A stretch of DNA of 64,000 nt from positions 3,488,001 to 3,552,000 of the forward strand of contig CAVYRF010000002.1 in NCBI GenBank assembly GCA_963770895.1. The letters are read 5' to 3'. Numbering within the stretch: the stretch's first letter is position 1; each line of letters begins with the position of its first letter. Under the pieces are notes generated by a model. It was not told the origin of the DNA, ran no database searches, and saw only the letters and a list, made by a program, of their open reading frames with translations. Shown in pieces: positions 17,678 through 27,928 of the stretch. This DNA comes from an uncultured Acidobacteriota bacterium (lineage in GTDB: Bacteria; Acidobacteriota; Thermoanaerobaculia; Multivoradales; UBA5704). The position numbers were made by a program, and so were the translations under genes.

Positions 17678-18469
17678 TCAGCGCCGGCCGAGCTGCGGCA
17701 GGGTCACGTCACCCGCGGGGCAGTGGAGGCTGAGACGCAGCGAGGCGTTTTCGGCGGCCAGCACCTTGACCGGCTCTCCCAGGTCCGCCGCCAGGCGGTC
17801 CAGCCCGGCGGTTTCGGCCGCGGGGCCCAGAACGGTCAGAGATACCAGGGTGCAGCCGGCAGGCGAGTCGACGGCGGGGTGGGTGGTGGTGGGGCTCCAT
17901 TCGATCAGGAAGGGTTTGAGCCTGCCGTCGGGGAGGATCTCCGCGGTGCGCCACGCGAGCAGCTTGCCATCGGGCCGCAGGCGCGAGCCCGGCTGCAGCG
18001 GGCCGGTCTGGATGCCGTCCGCCTGGAGGCGGGCGATCGCCGCGTCGGCGTGACGGGCGCCGACGGCCCAGCCGACAGGCGTCAGCTCATGCAGCTGCGA
18101 TAGCGCCTGCGCCAGGCCATCCGCGCCCGCGCCAGGCTGGGGCGCGATGAGCTCCAGGTAGGTGTGCGGCCCCAGGCTGAGCAGCGCATTGCGGGTGCCG
18201 CGGCCGGGGTGCTGGCCGCCGCGTGCCGGAGCCACGCCGGTGAGCGCGGTCAGCTGGCGGATGCCGGCATCCAGGTCGGCAATCCCAACAAGGACGTGGT
18301 CGAGGGTCAGTTTGGACATGGTGGTGTCAGCGGACATGACCGGCGCGGCCGCGACGGGGCTCAATCCCAGAACTGGCGCGAACCCCACGGCGCCGCAGAC
18401 CAGCAGGACGCCGAACGGAACCGCCACGGCGGTCGTCCGGCGCTGGTGCTTTCGGCGGCGCCCCGGCAT
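17678..18469 (-). CDS. VOC/glyoxalase-like (Glyoxalase_3) protein, possible signal peptide
   Basis: LDHVLVG..GGQHPGRGTRNALL..YLELIAP..PFLIEW motifs. Confidence 0.8.
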   Translation of the reverse strand: MPGRRRKHQRRTTAVAVPFGVLLVCGAVGFAPVLGLSPVAAAPVMSADTTMSKLTLDHVLVGIADLDAGIRQLTALTGVAPARGGQHPGRGTRNALLSLGPHTYLELIAPQPGAGADGLAQALSQLHELTPVGWAVGARHADAAIARLQADGIQTGPLQPGSRLRPDGKLLAWRTAEILPDGRLKPFLIEWSPTTTHPAVDSPAGCTLVSLTVLGPAAETAGLDRLAADLGEPVKVLAAENASLRLSLHCPAGDVTLPQLGRR

Positions 18470-18689
18470 CGATTGATACTAGCGGAAAAAGGCGGCGCTT
18501 GCCGCGCCGACGTCCAACGGTGGCGAAGCGAAGCGTCTCTCCCATGGCAACTCCGCGCCCCAGGCGCTGGCAGCCATGGCCGCGAGGAACGCCCGTAGCC
18601 ATCTATCTATAGGCTTGTGTCCAAACAGGGCTCTCAATAGAATTTTTGCGGTACCTTCATCGTATAGCCATGGCTGGAAGGGCTTCGGA

Positions 18690-21600
18690 ATGCGACTTTG
18701 CATGTGTCCTTGGACACGAAAGGCGCGATCGCTCACCACGCTCGTCTTGCTCTGGACGGCGCTCACGACCGGTGGAGCCGAAGCCTCTGGTCCGGCCGTG
18801 GTATCCAGCTTGTTGCTGACGCCGGTATCGGAGGACTTCGAAATCTGCGAAGGGGGCGCCGCTGCCTGGGGATGGACATCCGACACAGCGCACCGCAACG
18901 ATCTCTATTTCGTAAGCTCCGCCGGTAAGGTGAAGTCTTCGTGGACGTTGGGTGATCCTATTCAGCGGGTTTTCACGATCTCGAACTGCAAGACCATTTG
19001 GGTTCTCTCTTCCAACTTGAAGCATCTCTCAACGATCAACAGAGAGACCGACGACCCCCACTCGACGCCACCGTCGGTGACCACGGACGATGAGATCAAA
19101 CTGGTGATCCCATCTGAAACCGGCGACAAAGCTTGGGTGATTTACCAATCCAGGCGTCCCGATGTTGCGTTAGCCATGCGAGAGGGGAACCGGGTCATCG
19201 TCAAAGCGCTATCAGGCCTGGCGAAGGACCTGCAAACCTCGTACTCCGCAAGCGCGGAACACGGCAACAAGCTATGGGTGGTGCCGTTCAACGGCAACGG
19301 CGTCTTGCTCCTCGATGGCCGCAACGTGCGCAGGTACTTTAATGTTGAGATGGCGGCAATCAATGCAAGTAATGACCAGGCGCTCGCTTGGGCATTGCCG
19401 AGGCCGCCACGGAAAGGAGTCTACGCACTTACCGCGCGCGGTGAGATCCTCAACCAGGGCAGGCCGTTTCTCGACGACGTGGAATTTCACAGTCTCGAGA
19501 TCAGGAAAGGAGAAGGTGCGTATATCTGGGCGATCAGCCACGACGACCAACTTTACGTGCTGGAATCGAGGCCGTCCGGTGGTTCTTGGCAAGTGAAGGT
19601 CGTCAGCCGCCCCAGGCTGGGTGGCCAGGTGCGCGCTGGAACGATCGTATCCGTAGGCGACGGCGCCGCTGCATGGCTGGTTCCTCCCGCTAGAAGCGGA
19701 ACCCGCCAGAGGTGGAACCAGCTCTGGCGCTTGGAGGTTCGCGACGAGAACGTCGAGATCGAACTTGTGCCGCCCGACCTGTACGATGGCAAGCCAATCC
19801 GGCAGCTCTATTGGAGCGCTGAGGATCGCGGCCACTTCTGGATCATGAACTCTGATCTGTCGATTTACGAGATTGCTGTGTCGGCCGGGATCGCACCGTC
19901 CACAGCCAAGAAAGTGGTCGACTTCCCCTTGTCGAGCCTGAGCCTGGAAGGCATTTACCCCACGAATCTTGTCAACCATTACTGGGTCAAGACAGCGTCC
20001 TTTTGCTCGCTCATGAATACGGCGCCCGACATCGGGGTCGCCCAGGTCGTCTTGGGCGACACGACCTTCGATCTCGAGACGCATCCGTTGCCCATTATCC
20101 GGCATCAGATCGCCGCCGGCCGGACGGTTGACGCAAGCATCCGGCTGCCGGGTGTGCTTGCGGTGACTCGCGCGGCCAGCCCTGCGGGGCTGCAAGGGAC
20201 CGCTGGCATGCACTTGGAGCTGACCCTACTGAAGCAAGGCGGGCAAAACGCCTCCGCCTTCGCCGGCGGTGAGGGCGGGCTGGGGGACGGCGTTGCGTTC
20301 CTGCCGTTGTGGGTCAACGGCAAGCGCGCCTGGGGCGACGTCTTTGACATGGAGCTGCACGGTCACGACGCCGAGGGAGGCTCTGATGTTCGCATCCGGT
20401 GGAGAGGCATCAAGTTCTCGCCTACTTTGGCTGAAGCGATACTCGCGAGCCCTTACCTCAAGGGCCTGGTGATCTTCCTCCTGCCCACGCTGCTGCTCTT
20501 GGTGGTGCTGAAGAAAGAGATCGCGGGCCGGCGCTGGATTCCGATCGCGATCCCGTTGCTCGAAATGCTGTTCCTCAAGTGGCTTCCGGACAGCGCCGTG
20601 GTTTCGCCTGCCGAGCTGGCGACCGTGGCCTGCGCTTCGCTGGCTGCGCTGCTGCCGGTGGGCGCCTTCTCACCCCGGCTGTTCCGCGAGTTGGCATCAC
20701 TGCTGCCCTATCGGCTGGCGGCGCCCTTTGCCATGCAGGTGCGGGCTATCCGCGGCCGGGTCTTCGCCGACTACTGCACAGAGCTGGAGGACCGGCTGGA
20801 GATCCTGCGTCGGGATGCCAATGACGAAAGCTATATCGCAGCCCCAGTGAAGATCGTCGAAGGCTCGCCAAGGACCTCGCCGCCCGTTGGTGCGACGCTG
20901 CGGGTGGGTGACGTGCACAGCCTGCAGCAAGACGCCAGTGAACGCAGCAGCGTCTTGATTGTCGCCCCTGGGGGACGTGGCAAGAGCGCGCTCTGGAACG
21001 AGCTTCTATGGCGAAGCCTGAAGGCCTTTAAGGCCGACCCTTTCTGCCCGTTGCCGGTGATTGGTGATGCCGGCGGTACCACGGTCGAGAAGATGATCGA
21101 GGCGGGGCTGGGGCGATACGCGATTTCCGCGGAGCATACCGCTACCCAGTTGGCCGCCGGCGAGCTCATGGTGTGGGTTGACAATGCCAGCACCACCAAC
21201 TTGGCGGTGTCCGTGCTGGAGGCGTTCTTGCGTTCAAAGAACGGTGAGTGGACCCGATTGTGCTTGGCGACACGGCCGAACAGAGATTTTCGAGCCGCGT
21301 TGCAACAAGGTGCATCCAAGTGGGTGGCGATAGAGCCGTGCGGCCTCGACGAGGAATCAGCAAAGGCTTTTTATTGGGAGTATGCAAAGCAGGACGCTGC
21401 GCATCTCAAGAAAGAGTTCAATGCTGACGCGGTACGTCGCCGGCGAGACCGGCTCCTGCCCGCCTGCCGCGGCAAGGACGGTAGCTATTTACCACTGCTC
21501 GTCAGGCTCTGCAGCCGTGCCGACACCGACGAAGCGAGCTCCATCAACGAGATCTATCGGATCACGCTTGAAAAACTGATTGAGAGAGTTACCGGCGGCG

Positions 21601-22283
21601 CCACCGAGGCGACCGCAAAGATGGTGCGAGGCGCGGAACAGCTGGCGCTGGATAGCTATTGGGAGGATCAATCCCGCAGCTTCTCGCGGGAGCGCCCCGC
21701 TCCTGAACAGACGCAGCTGGTCGACGATCTCTTGCGCGCGGGTGTCCTGGCGGTTGCCGATAGCCAGGATTGGCGGCAGCACGTATCGTCAAATCCTCAG
21801 TATGTTCGCTTCTTTCACGAATCAGTACAGTCGTACCTGACGGCGAAGGGGCTCGCGAATGCGAAGAGCTGGAAATGTTTTGGCAGAGCTGCGGGCGATC
21901 GGGATTTCTTGAAGGCAGAAATCGATCTGGGCGACGGAGTCGGACCAGAATTGTTTCAGATGTGTCTCCACGTGTTTGAACCGAAATGGAAGCTCAGGCA
22001 GACACTGGAGGCAGAGCTGATGCAATGGACCGAGATCTATCGCGAAGTACTGAGGATAGTGGACGTGAAAAAGGGGTTGACCCCTGCCGACCAGCTGGCG
22101 CTCGAGGCAAAGCTGACAGGGCCACCGAGCGATGCCTCCGGGTACCTCCGTCTGGCCGTCAAGCTGGCGCTGGAAGAGGATGCGAAGAACGATAGTGCGG
22201 AGCACCTGGGCCGTCTATTTGCCCAGGTCGCGCCAATTGCGTGGGAGCAAGCGGTGGCGAACAACCTGGTGAGAGTCGCATGA
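18690..22283 (+). CDS. Membrane-anchored NACHT/STAND-like NTPase with large exported N-terminal beta-rich (propeller-like) region
   Basis: Signal-like N-terminus, recurrent xWV/xWI strands, hydrophobic helices ~20460-20730, Walker A APGGRGKS (~20964), LMVWVDN, YLPLLVRL and RFFHESVQSYLTA. Lower GC than the flanks. Confidence 0.7.
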   Translation: MRLCMCPWTRKARSLTTLVLLWTALTTGGAEASGPAVVSSLLLTPVSEDFEICEGGAAAWGWTSDTAHRNDLYFVSSAGKVKSSWTLGDPIQRVFTISNCKTIWVLSSNLKHLSTINRETDDPHSTPPSVTTDDEIKLVIPSETGDKAWVIYQSRRPDVALAMREGNRVIVKALSGLAKDLQTSYSASAEHGNKLWVVPFNGNGVLLLDGRNVRRYFNVEMAAINASNDQALAWALPRPPRKGVYALTARGEILNQGRPFLDDVEFHSLEIRKGEGAYIWAISHDDQLYVLESRPSGGSWQVKVVSRPRLGGQVRAGTIVSVGDGAAAWLVPPARSGTRQRWNQLWRLEVRDENVEIELVPPDLYDGKPIRQLYWSAEDRGHFWIMNSDLSIYEIAVSAGIAPSTAKKVVDFPLSSLSLEGIYPTNLVNHYWVKTASFCSLMNTAPDIGVAQVVLGDTTFDLETHPLPIIRHQIAAGRTVDASIRLPGVLAVTRAASPAGLQGTAGMHLELTLLKQGGQNASAFAGGEGGLGDGVAFLPLWVNGKRAWGDVFDMELHGHDAEGGSDVRIRWRGIKFSPTLAEAILASPYLKGLVIFLLPTLLLLVVLKKEIAGRRWIPIAIPLLEMLFLKWLPDSAVVSPAELATVACASLAALLPVGAFSPRLFRELASLLPYRLAAPFAMQVRAIRGRVFADYCTELEDRLEILRRDANDESYIAAPVKIVEGSPRTSPPVGATLRVGDVHSLQQDASERSSVLIVAPGGRGKSALWNELLWRSLKAFKADPFCPLPVIGDAGGTTVEKMIEAGLGRYAISAEHTATQLAAGELMVWVDNASTTNLAVSVLEAFLRSKNGEWTRLCLATRPNRDFRAALQQGASKWVAIEPCGLDEESAKAFYWEYAKQDAAHLKKEFNADAVRRRRDRLLPACRGKDGSYLPLLVRLCSRADTDEASSINEIYRITLEKLIERVTGGATEATAKMVRGAEQLALDSYWEDQSRSFSRERPAPEQTQLVDDLLRAGVLAVADSQDWRQHVSSNPQYVRFFHESVQSYLTAKGLANAKSWKCFGRAAGDRDFLKAEIDLGDGVGPELFQMCLHVFEPKWKLRQTLEAELMQWTEIYREVLRIVDVKKGLTPADQLALEAKLTGPPSDASGYLRLAVKLALEEDAKNDSAEHLGRLFAQVAPIAWEQAVANNLVRVA

Positions 22284-22287
22284 GGTC

Positions 22288-24012
22288 GTGACCGAGCATG
22301 GCGCGGCGGAGCGGCCGACGATCGCTGCGCGGTTGGCGGCGGGGCTGAGCGGCGACGGCGCCTTCTATGCGCTGTTGACGCTGCTGGTCTGGGGGGCGAC
22401 GGCGCCGCTGGCCGGGTTGTGGCAGGACGACACGTCGCTGCTGTTTATCGCCTTGCAGCGGCATGGGCGGGGGCTGGCGACGCTGCTGGCGCCGGCCGTC
22501 GGCCCGCTGCGGCGGCTGAACGATCTGCCGTACGCCCTGGCGCTGGACACGCCGCACCCGGTGCGGGCGCTGCAGGGGATGTGCGGGGCGCTGTGGGTGG
22601 GGCAGGCGCTGGTCGCGGGCTGGATCGCGGGGCTGCTGCTGCCACGGCGGCCGCTGGCGCGGCTGCTGGTGGTGGCGTTGACGCTGACGGCGACCAGCGA
22701 CTACCTGACCGACAACCTGACGGCGGTGGGCTACAACTTCGGGGTGCTCACCTTCCTGGTCTCCCTGGGCAGCGGGCTGCGCTTCCTGCGCTGCGGCGGC
22801 GCGGCCTGGCTGGCGGCCGCCGTGACGGCGCTGGCGGTGAGCCTGCTGACCCTGGAGGTGTGCATGCCCGCGCTGCCGTTCCTGCCCCTTCTGGTTGCCT
22901 GGCTGGCGGGGCCGCGGCCGCGGCGACGGTCGGTGGCGCTGCTGGTGGCCTGGGGGGCGGTGGCGGCGCCGCTGGTGCTGATCGAATGGCGTTACCTGCA
23001 CGATGCCACGGGCTACGCCGCGGTGGCGATGCTGCCGATGAGCCGCGCCCAGTTTGTCGGCCGCGCGCTGGACCTGTGGACCGCCAACTTCCTGCCGTGG
23101 CGGTGGGCTTTTCGCCCCGAGGTTTGGTTTCCCAGGCCGCCCGCCGTCATCCCCGGCGCGCTGATGGCGGCCGCGGCGGTCGTCGCCGTCGCCGCTCTGG
23201 CGGTGCGCGTGCGGCGCACGCTGGGCGCGGCGCCGCAGGCGGAGCCGCCGCCGGCCAGCGCGCTGCGGGTGCTGGGGCTCGCGGCGCTGCTGGCGCTCAT
23301 GGCGCTGGCCGCCAACGCCGCGTTCGCCCAGGTGCAGATGGCCGAGATCCACTACCGCACCCACGTGCTGTCGCGGATCTGGGTGTCGCTCGCGCTCGGC
23401 ATCGTGGCGGCCTGGGGCGCGGCGCGCTGGCCGCGCCGGCGGCTGGCGTGGCTGGTGGTGCCGGCGCTGTTCGTCGGGTTTGGCACCTGGGGCGGCCTGG
23501 ACCGCCAGGACCAGTGGCTTGCGACCTGGCGCCAGCACCGGCGCGAGCTGCTGTCCATCGTCAGCGCCGCGCCGGCGGTGCGCCAGGGCACCGCGGTGAT
23601 CCTGCGCAGCGATCCGCTGCCGCCGCGGTACCTGGCGACCCAGGTCGACTACTTGGCGCACGACTGGATGGCGCTGCTGTACGACCAGCCGGACATCGAC
23701 AGCCTGCGGCTCGATGCGCGCCTGGGCAGCGGCTGCCGGCCGCTGGCGAACGGGCTGGACTGCTGGCACATGGGCAAGGCCGCATGTTTTGCCGCGCAGA
23801 CCTGCCCGCCCGACCACATCGCCTTCGACCGCCTGCTGGTGTTCGATTTTGACGCGGCGGCCGGGGTCTACCGGCTGCGGCAGTCGCTGACCGGCGACCC
23901 GCTGGCGGCCGGAGTCGCGGCGCCGGCCGCGGCGGCGTCCTACCGGCCCGCCGCGCGCATCGTGGAGCGGCCGCTGACCACGGCGCAGCGCCGCCTGCTG
24001 CTGCTGCCTTGA
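22288..24012 (+). CDS. Polytopic membrane protein, GT-C-like glycosyltransferase candidate
   Basis: WQDD motif after the first TM, about 10 TM helices and a periplasmic C-terminal domain. Confidence 0.6.
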   Translation: MTEHGAAERPTIAARLAAGLSGDGAFYALLTLLVWGATAPLAGLWQDDTSLLFIALQRHGRGLATLLAPAVGPLRRLNDLPYALALDTPHPVRALQGMCGALWVGQALVAGWIAGLLLPRRPLARLLVVALTLTATSDYLTDNLTAVGYNFGVLTFLVSLGSGLRFLRCGGAAWLAAAVTALAVSLLTLEVCMPALPFLPLLVAWLAGPRPRRRSVALLVAWGAVAAPLVLIEWRYLHDATGYAAVAMLPMSRAQFVGRALDLWTANFLPWRWAFRPEVWFPRPPAVIPGALMAAAAVVAVAALAVRVRRTLGAAPQAEPPPASALRVLGLAALLALMALAANAAFAQVQMAEIHYRTHVLSRIWVSLALGIVAAWGAARWPRRRLAWLVVPALFVGFGTWGGLDRQDQWLATWRQHRRELLSIVSAAPAVRQGTAVILRSDPLPPRYLATQVDYLAHDWMALLYDQPDIDSLRLDARLGSGCRPLANGLDCWHMGKAACFAAQTCPPDHIAFDRLLVFDFDAAAGVYRLRQSLTGDPLAAGVAAPAAAASYRPAARIVERPLTTAQRRLLLLP

Positions 24013-24028
24013 CCTTGGACCTGGGGGC

Positions 24029-24784
24029 TCAGCGGTGGGCGGCGAGCCAGGTGGTGAGGGGGTCGATCCAGGCGGGATTGGGGCGATAGAAGGTGCCGTG
24101 ACCCTGGCCGACGTGCAGGACGGTTTCGCTGTGCTCGAAGGGGGTCCTGGAGGCGGCGAAGAACTTGGCGCAGCTGGTCGAGAGATCGTCGGCGGCGTCG
24201 TAGAGCGACAGGACGGGGCTGGCGAAGCTGAGGTGATAGGGATTGAGCCAGTCGCCGCAGCCGGCCAGGCTGACGGTGCGGACGCCGGCATGGTGGAGCC
24301 TGGCGGCGGCGAGGAGCGCGATCGCGCCGCCTTTGGAGAAGCCGACGACGGCAACGTGATGCGGCGGAACGCCGGCGGCGAGCAGGGCGGCGACCTGGGC
24401 CGCGACCTTGGCGGCGTAGGCCGTGGAGTCGGTGTCCTTGGGGCGCACCTGGCTGACGACGGTGAAGCCGCGGGCGGCCAGGGCGTCCAGGATCTGGCGG
24501 TATTCGTAGACCCCGAAGCGCGGGCTGGTAGGTCGCGGGCCCTGGTCTTCGATGATTCTGCCGTGCAGATAGATCAGGTAGTCGGCGCGCGGATCGACGT
24601 GCGCCGGCAGCTCGGGCAGGACGCTGCCGCCCGGCGCCGCCGCGGCCGCGTGCCGGACCGGCAACAGGCACAGTGCGCCCGCCGCCGCCAGGCAGAGACC
24701 CAGGCGCCGCAGCCGACCGAGGACGCGGGAGCGCCGGCGGCGCGGCCGCGGCGTCGGGGAGTTGTCGGCGGTTGGATGTGCCAT
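24029..24784 (-). CDS. Secreted alpha/beta hydrolase
   Basis: YLHGRIIE, nucleophile elbow GFSKGG, and D and H (GHGTFY) triad candidates; only the 3' part of the long track ORF is coding. Confidence 0.75.
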   Translation of the reverse strand: MAHPTADNSPTPRPRRRRSRVLGRLRRLGLCLAAAGALCLLPVRHAAAAAPGGSVLPELPAHVDPRADYLIYLHGRIIEDQGPRPTSPRFGVYEYRQILDALAARGFTVVSQVRPKDTDSTAYAAKVAAQVAALLAAGVPPHHVAVVGFSKGGAIALLAAARLHHAGVRTVSLAGCGDWLNPYHLSFASPVLSLYDAADDLSTSCAKFFAASRTPFEHSETVLHVGQGHGTFYRPNPAWIDPLTTWLAAHR

Positions 24785-24821
24785 GGCTTTGGCGATCGTA
24801 TCAAGGGTGCGATGCGTCCGC

Positions 24822-24858
24822 CGCGACTGCCGCGACTGCCGCGACTGCCGCGACCGCC
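24822..24858. repeat. 9-bp tandem repeat (CGCGACTGC) x3-4 in the divergent intergenic region
   Basis: Directly visible: cgcgactgc cgcgactgc cgcgactgc cgcgaccgc. Confidence 0.8.
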
Positions 24859-24946
24859 GCGTCCGCCGCGGTGTCGCAGGCGCGAAGGGTTCATGCATGG
24901 GCTGTACAATACCCCTTGGGATCATCCGGGCACTTGGAGGAGCGTG

Positions 24947-27871
24947 ATGCGAAAACCCCTTGCAGGTTGGCTGGTCGCCGGTCTGGCGCTGCTGGCTGCC
25001 ACGGCCGGCGCCCTGGCTCCGGCCGCCGGCGATCCGGCGGCGCCCGGCCGTCCGGCGGCGGCCCCCGGCGATGCGCCGGCGGTGTCCGGCGATCCGGCGG
25101 TGGCGCTGCCGGTCGACCCGGCGGTGAGCAGCGGGCGGTTTGCCAACGGTTTGACCTGGTATATCCGCGACAACGCCCGGCCCGAGAAGCGGGCGGAGCT
25201 GTGGCTGGCGGTCAATGCCGGCTCGGCGCTGGAGGACCAGGACCAGAAGGGGCTGGCGCATTTTGTCGAGCACATGTGCTTTGACGGCACGCGGCGGTTT
25301 CCGCGCCAGGCGATCGTCAAGTACCTGGAGTCGATCGGCATGCGTTTCGGGCCGGACTTGAACGCCTTCACCAGCTTCGACGAGACCGTGTACACGATCA
25401 AGGTTCCGACCGACCAGCCGGAGTTCGTCGACAAGGGGATCGAGATCCTGTCGGAGTGGGCGCACGCGGTGAGCTTCGAGGCGCAGGAATTCGAGCGCGA
25501 GCGGGGGGTGGTGATCGAGGAGTGGCGCTCGCGGCGCGGCGCCGACGCGCGGATGCGCGATCTGCAGCTGCCGATCGTGCTGGCCGGGTCGCGGTACGCC
25601 GACCGGCTGCCGATCGGCACCCTGGACAGCCTGCAGCATGCCCGGCGCGAGGAGCTGGCGCGCTTCTACCACGATTGGTATCGCCCCGACCTGATGGCGG
25701 TGATCGCCGTCGGCGACTTTGGCGCCTATGGCCGCGCCCGGCTCGAAAAGCAGCTGCGCGACGGCTTTGCCGGGTTGGCCAACCCTTCGCCCGAGCGCCC
25801 GCGCGCGAGCTTTGCGGTGCCGGCGCACGACGCCACCCGGTTTGCCATCGCCACCGACAGCGAGGCGACGACCAGCCGCGCGGCGATCGAGGTGCAGCAA
25901 CCCCGGCAGTCCGATCTGCGTGTCGGCGACTTCCGCCGCAAGCTGATCGAAAGCCTGTACCACGGCATGTTGAACGCCCGCCTGTCCGAGGTGGCGAAAC
26001 GTCCCGACGCGCCGTTCCAGGTCGCGTTTTCGTTCGCCGGTTCGCCGGTGCGCCCGCTGGAGTCGGAGACCGCGACGGCGGTGATGCGCAACGGCGCTCT
26101 GCTGCCCGGCGTGCAGGCGCTGCTCACCGAGGTGGAGCGGGTGCACCGGCACGGCTTCTCGGCCGCCGAGCTGGAACGCCAGAAGGCGATCCGCCTGCGC
26201 CAGCTGGAAAAGCGCCTGGCCGAAAGCGACAAGTCCGAGTCGGGCCAGCGCGCCGCCGAGATCCTGCAGCTGTTCCTGGAGTCCGAGCCGGTGCCCGGCG
26301 AGGCGTTCGAGCTGGCGCTCACTCGCCAGCTGCTGGGCAGCATCGAGCTGGCCGAGGTGAACCGCCTGGCCGCCGGCTGGAGCGGCGAAGCCAACCGCGT
26401 GATCGAAATCGACGCGCCCGCCAAGCCGGACGTGCCGGTGCCCAGCGAAGCGCAGCTGCGGCAGGCATTCGCCGCGGTGCAGGCGAGCACGGTCGCCGCC
26501 TGGGAGGATCGCACGCAGGAGGGACCGCTGGTGCCGCATCCGCCACGGCCCGGCACGGTGGTTGCGGAGACGCGGATCGCCGAGCTGGGAATGACCGAAT
26601 GGCGGCTCGACAACGGCGTGCGCGTGGTGCTCAAGCCGACCGACTTCAAGAACGACGAGATCCTGCTGTCCGGCTTCGGTCCTGGCGGCATGTCGCTGGT
26701 CCCCGACGCACAGGTCACCTCCGCGGAGCTGGCAACCACGGTGGTCAGGGCTGGCGGCCTGGGAACCTTTGACGACGTGACCCTGCGCAAGGCGCTGGCC
26801 GGCAAGTCGGCCAGCGCCAGCGTTTCGATCGCCGGCTTCGATCAGCGGGTGCGAGGCACGGCATCGCCGCGCGACGTGGAGACGATGTTCCAGCTGCTCT
26901 ATCTTTCGTTCACCGCGCCGCGCCGCGACCCGGATGCCTACCAATCCACGCACGCGCTGCTCACGACGGTGCTGGAAAATCGCTCCGCCGAACCGCGAGA
27001 AGTGTTCAATGACGCGATGCAGGCAGCGCTCCATCCGGGCGACCCGCGCGAGCGTCCGCTGACCATCGAGCGGCTGCGCGAGCTGGACTACGACACCGCC
27101 TTCCGTCTCTACCAGGAGCGCTTCGCCGACGCCGGCCAATTTACCTTCGTCCTGGTGGGCAGCTTCACGCCGGACACCATCCGGCCGCTGGTGCTCACCT
27201 GGCTTGGCGGTCTGCCCAGCACGGCAAGCAAACAGAGCTGGCGCCCGGTCGGCGGTCCGCTGCCGGCAGGGGTCGTGCGGGTCTCCACGGTGCAGGGCAA
27301 GGAGCCCAAGAGCGCGGTGCGGCTGGTCTTCACCGGCGAGAGCCGCTATTCGGTGGACGACGCCCACCAGCACACGGCGCTGCTGGAGCTGCTCCAGCTG
27401 CGCCTGCGCGAGGTCTTGCGCGACGACATGGGCGGTGTCTACGGTGCCAGCGTGTCCGGCAACCTCGCCTTCCGGCCCTGGGGCCACTATTCGGTAAGCA
27501 TCGGGTTTTCGTGCGCACCCGAAAACGTCGACAGCCTGACCCGCGCCGTGTTCCGCGAGATCGCGGCGATCAAGGACCAGGGCGTCGACGCCGAGCACGT
27601 CGCCAAGCTGAAGGCAGCGGCTCGCCGCACGCGGGAAACCAACGTCAAGGAAAACTCTTTCTGGAGCAACATCCTGACGGTCTACTACCTGTCCGGCTGG
27701 GACCCGCGCGAGATCCTGCACTTTGACGCGCGCGTCGAGCAGACGACCTCCGCCACCCTGCAGGCCGCGGCCCGCCAGTACCTTGTCGACAACCGCTACG
27801 TCCTGGGCGTGCTTTCGCCCGCCGCCGCCGGCGCGCCGGCGGGCGCTGCCACCAAGGGGAGCGGCATGTAG
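24947..27871 (+). CDS. M16 family zinc protease (PqqL-like)
   Basis: Signal peptide, inverted zinc motif GLAHFVEHMCF, LNAFTSFDETVY, ERGVVIEEWR and two-half architecture. Confidence 0.92.
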   Translation: MRKPLAGWLVAGLALLAATAGALAPAAGDPAAPGRPAAAPGDAPAVSGDPAVALPVDPAVSSGRFANGLTWYIRDNARPEKRAELWLAVNAGSALEDQDQKGLAHFVEHMCFDGTRRFPRQAIVKYLESIGMRFGPDLNAFTSFDETVYTIKVPTDQPEFVDKGIEILSEWAHAVSFEAQEFERERGVVIEEWRSRRGADARMRDLQLPIVLAGSRYADRLPIGTLDSLQHARREELARFYHDWYRPDLMAVIAVGDFGAYGRARLEKQLRDGFAGLANPSPERPRASFAVPAHDATRFAIATDSEATTSRAAIEVQQPRQSDLRVGDFRRKLIESLYHGMLNARLSEVAKRPDAPFQVAFSFAGSPVRPLESETATAVMRNGALLPGVQALLTEVERVHRHGFSAAELERQKAIRLRQLEKRLAESDKSESGQRAAEILQLFLESEPVPGEAFELALTRQLLGSIELAEVNRLAAGWSGEANRVIEIDAPAKPDVPVPSEAQLRQAFAAVQASTVAAWEDRTQEGPLVPHPPRPGTVVAETRIAELGMTEWRLDNGVRVVLKPTDFKNDEILLSGFGPGGMSLVPDAQVTSAELATTVVRAGGLGTFDDVTLRKALAGKSASASVSIAGFDQRVRGTASPRDVETMFQLLYLSFTAPRRDPDAYQSTHALLTTVLENRSAEPREVFNDAMQAALHPGDPRERPLTIERLRELDYDTAFRLYQERFADAGQFTFVLVGSFTPDTIRPLVLTWLGGLPSTASKQSWRPVGGPLPAGVVRVSTVQGKEPKSAVRLVFTGESRYSVDDAHQHTALLELLQLRLREVLRDDMGGVYGASVSGNLAFRPWGHYSVSIGFSCAPENVDSLTRAVFREIAAIKDQGVDAEHVAKLKAAARRTRETNVKENSFWSNILTVYYLSGWDPREILHFDARVEQTTSATLQAAARQYLVDNRYVLGVLSPAAAGAPAGAATKGSGM

Positions 27872-27928
27872 GTAGTTCACAACGCCGTCCCGAACGTTCT
27901 GGCGTTCCGGTGGTGCGGGCTGCCGGGC

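Noticed and set aside
24822-24858. CRISPR or iteron-like array
   Set aside because: A simple 9-bp microsatellite without spacers. No CRISPR array, cas gene, tRNA or rRNA was recognised anywhere in the window.
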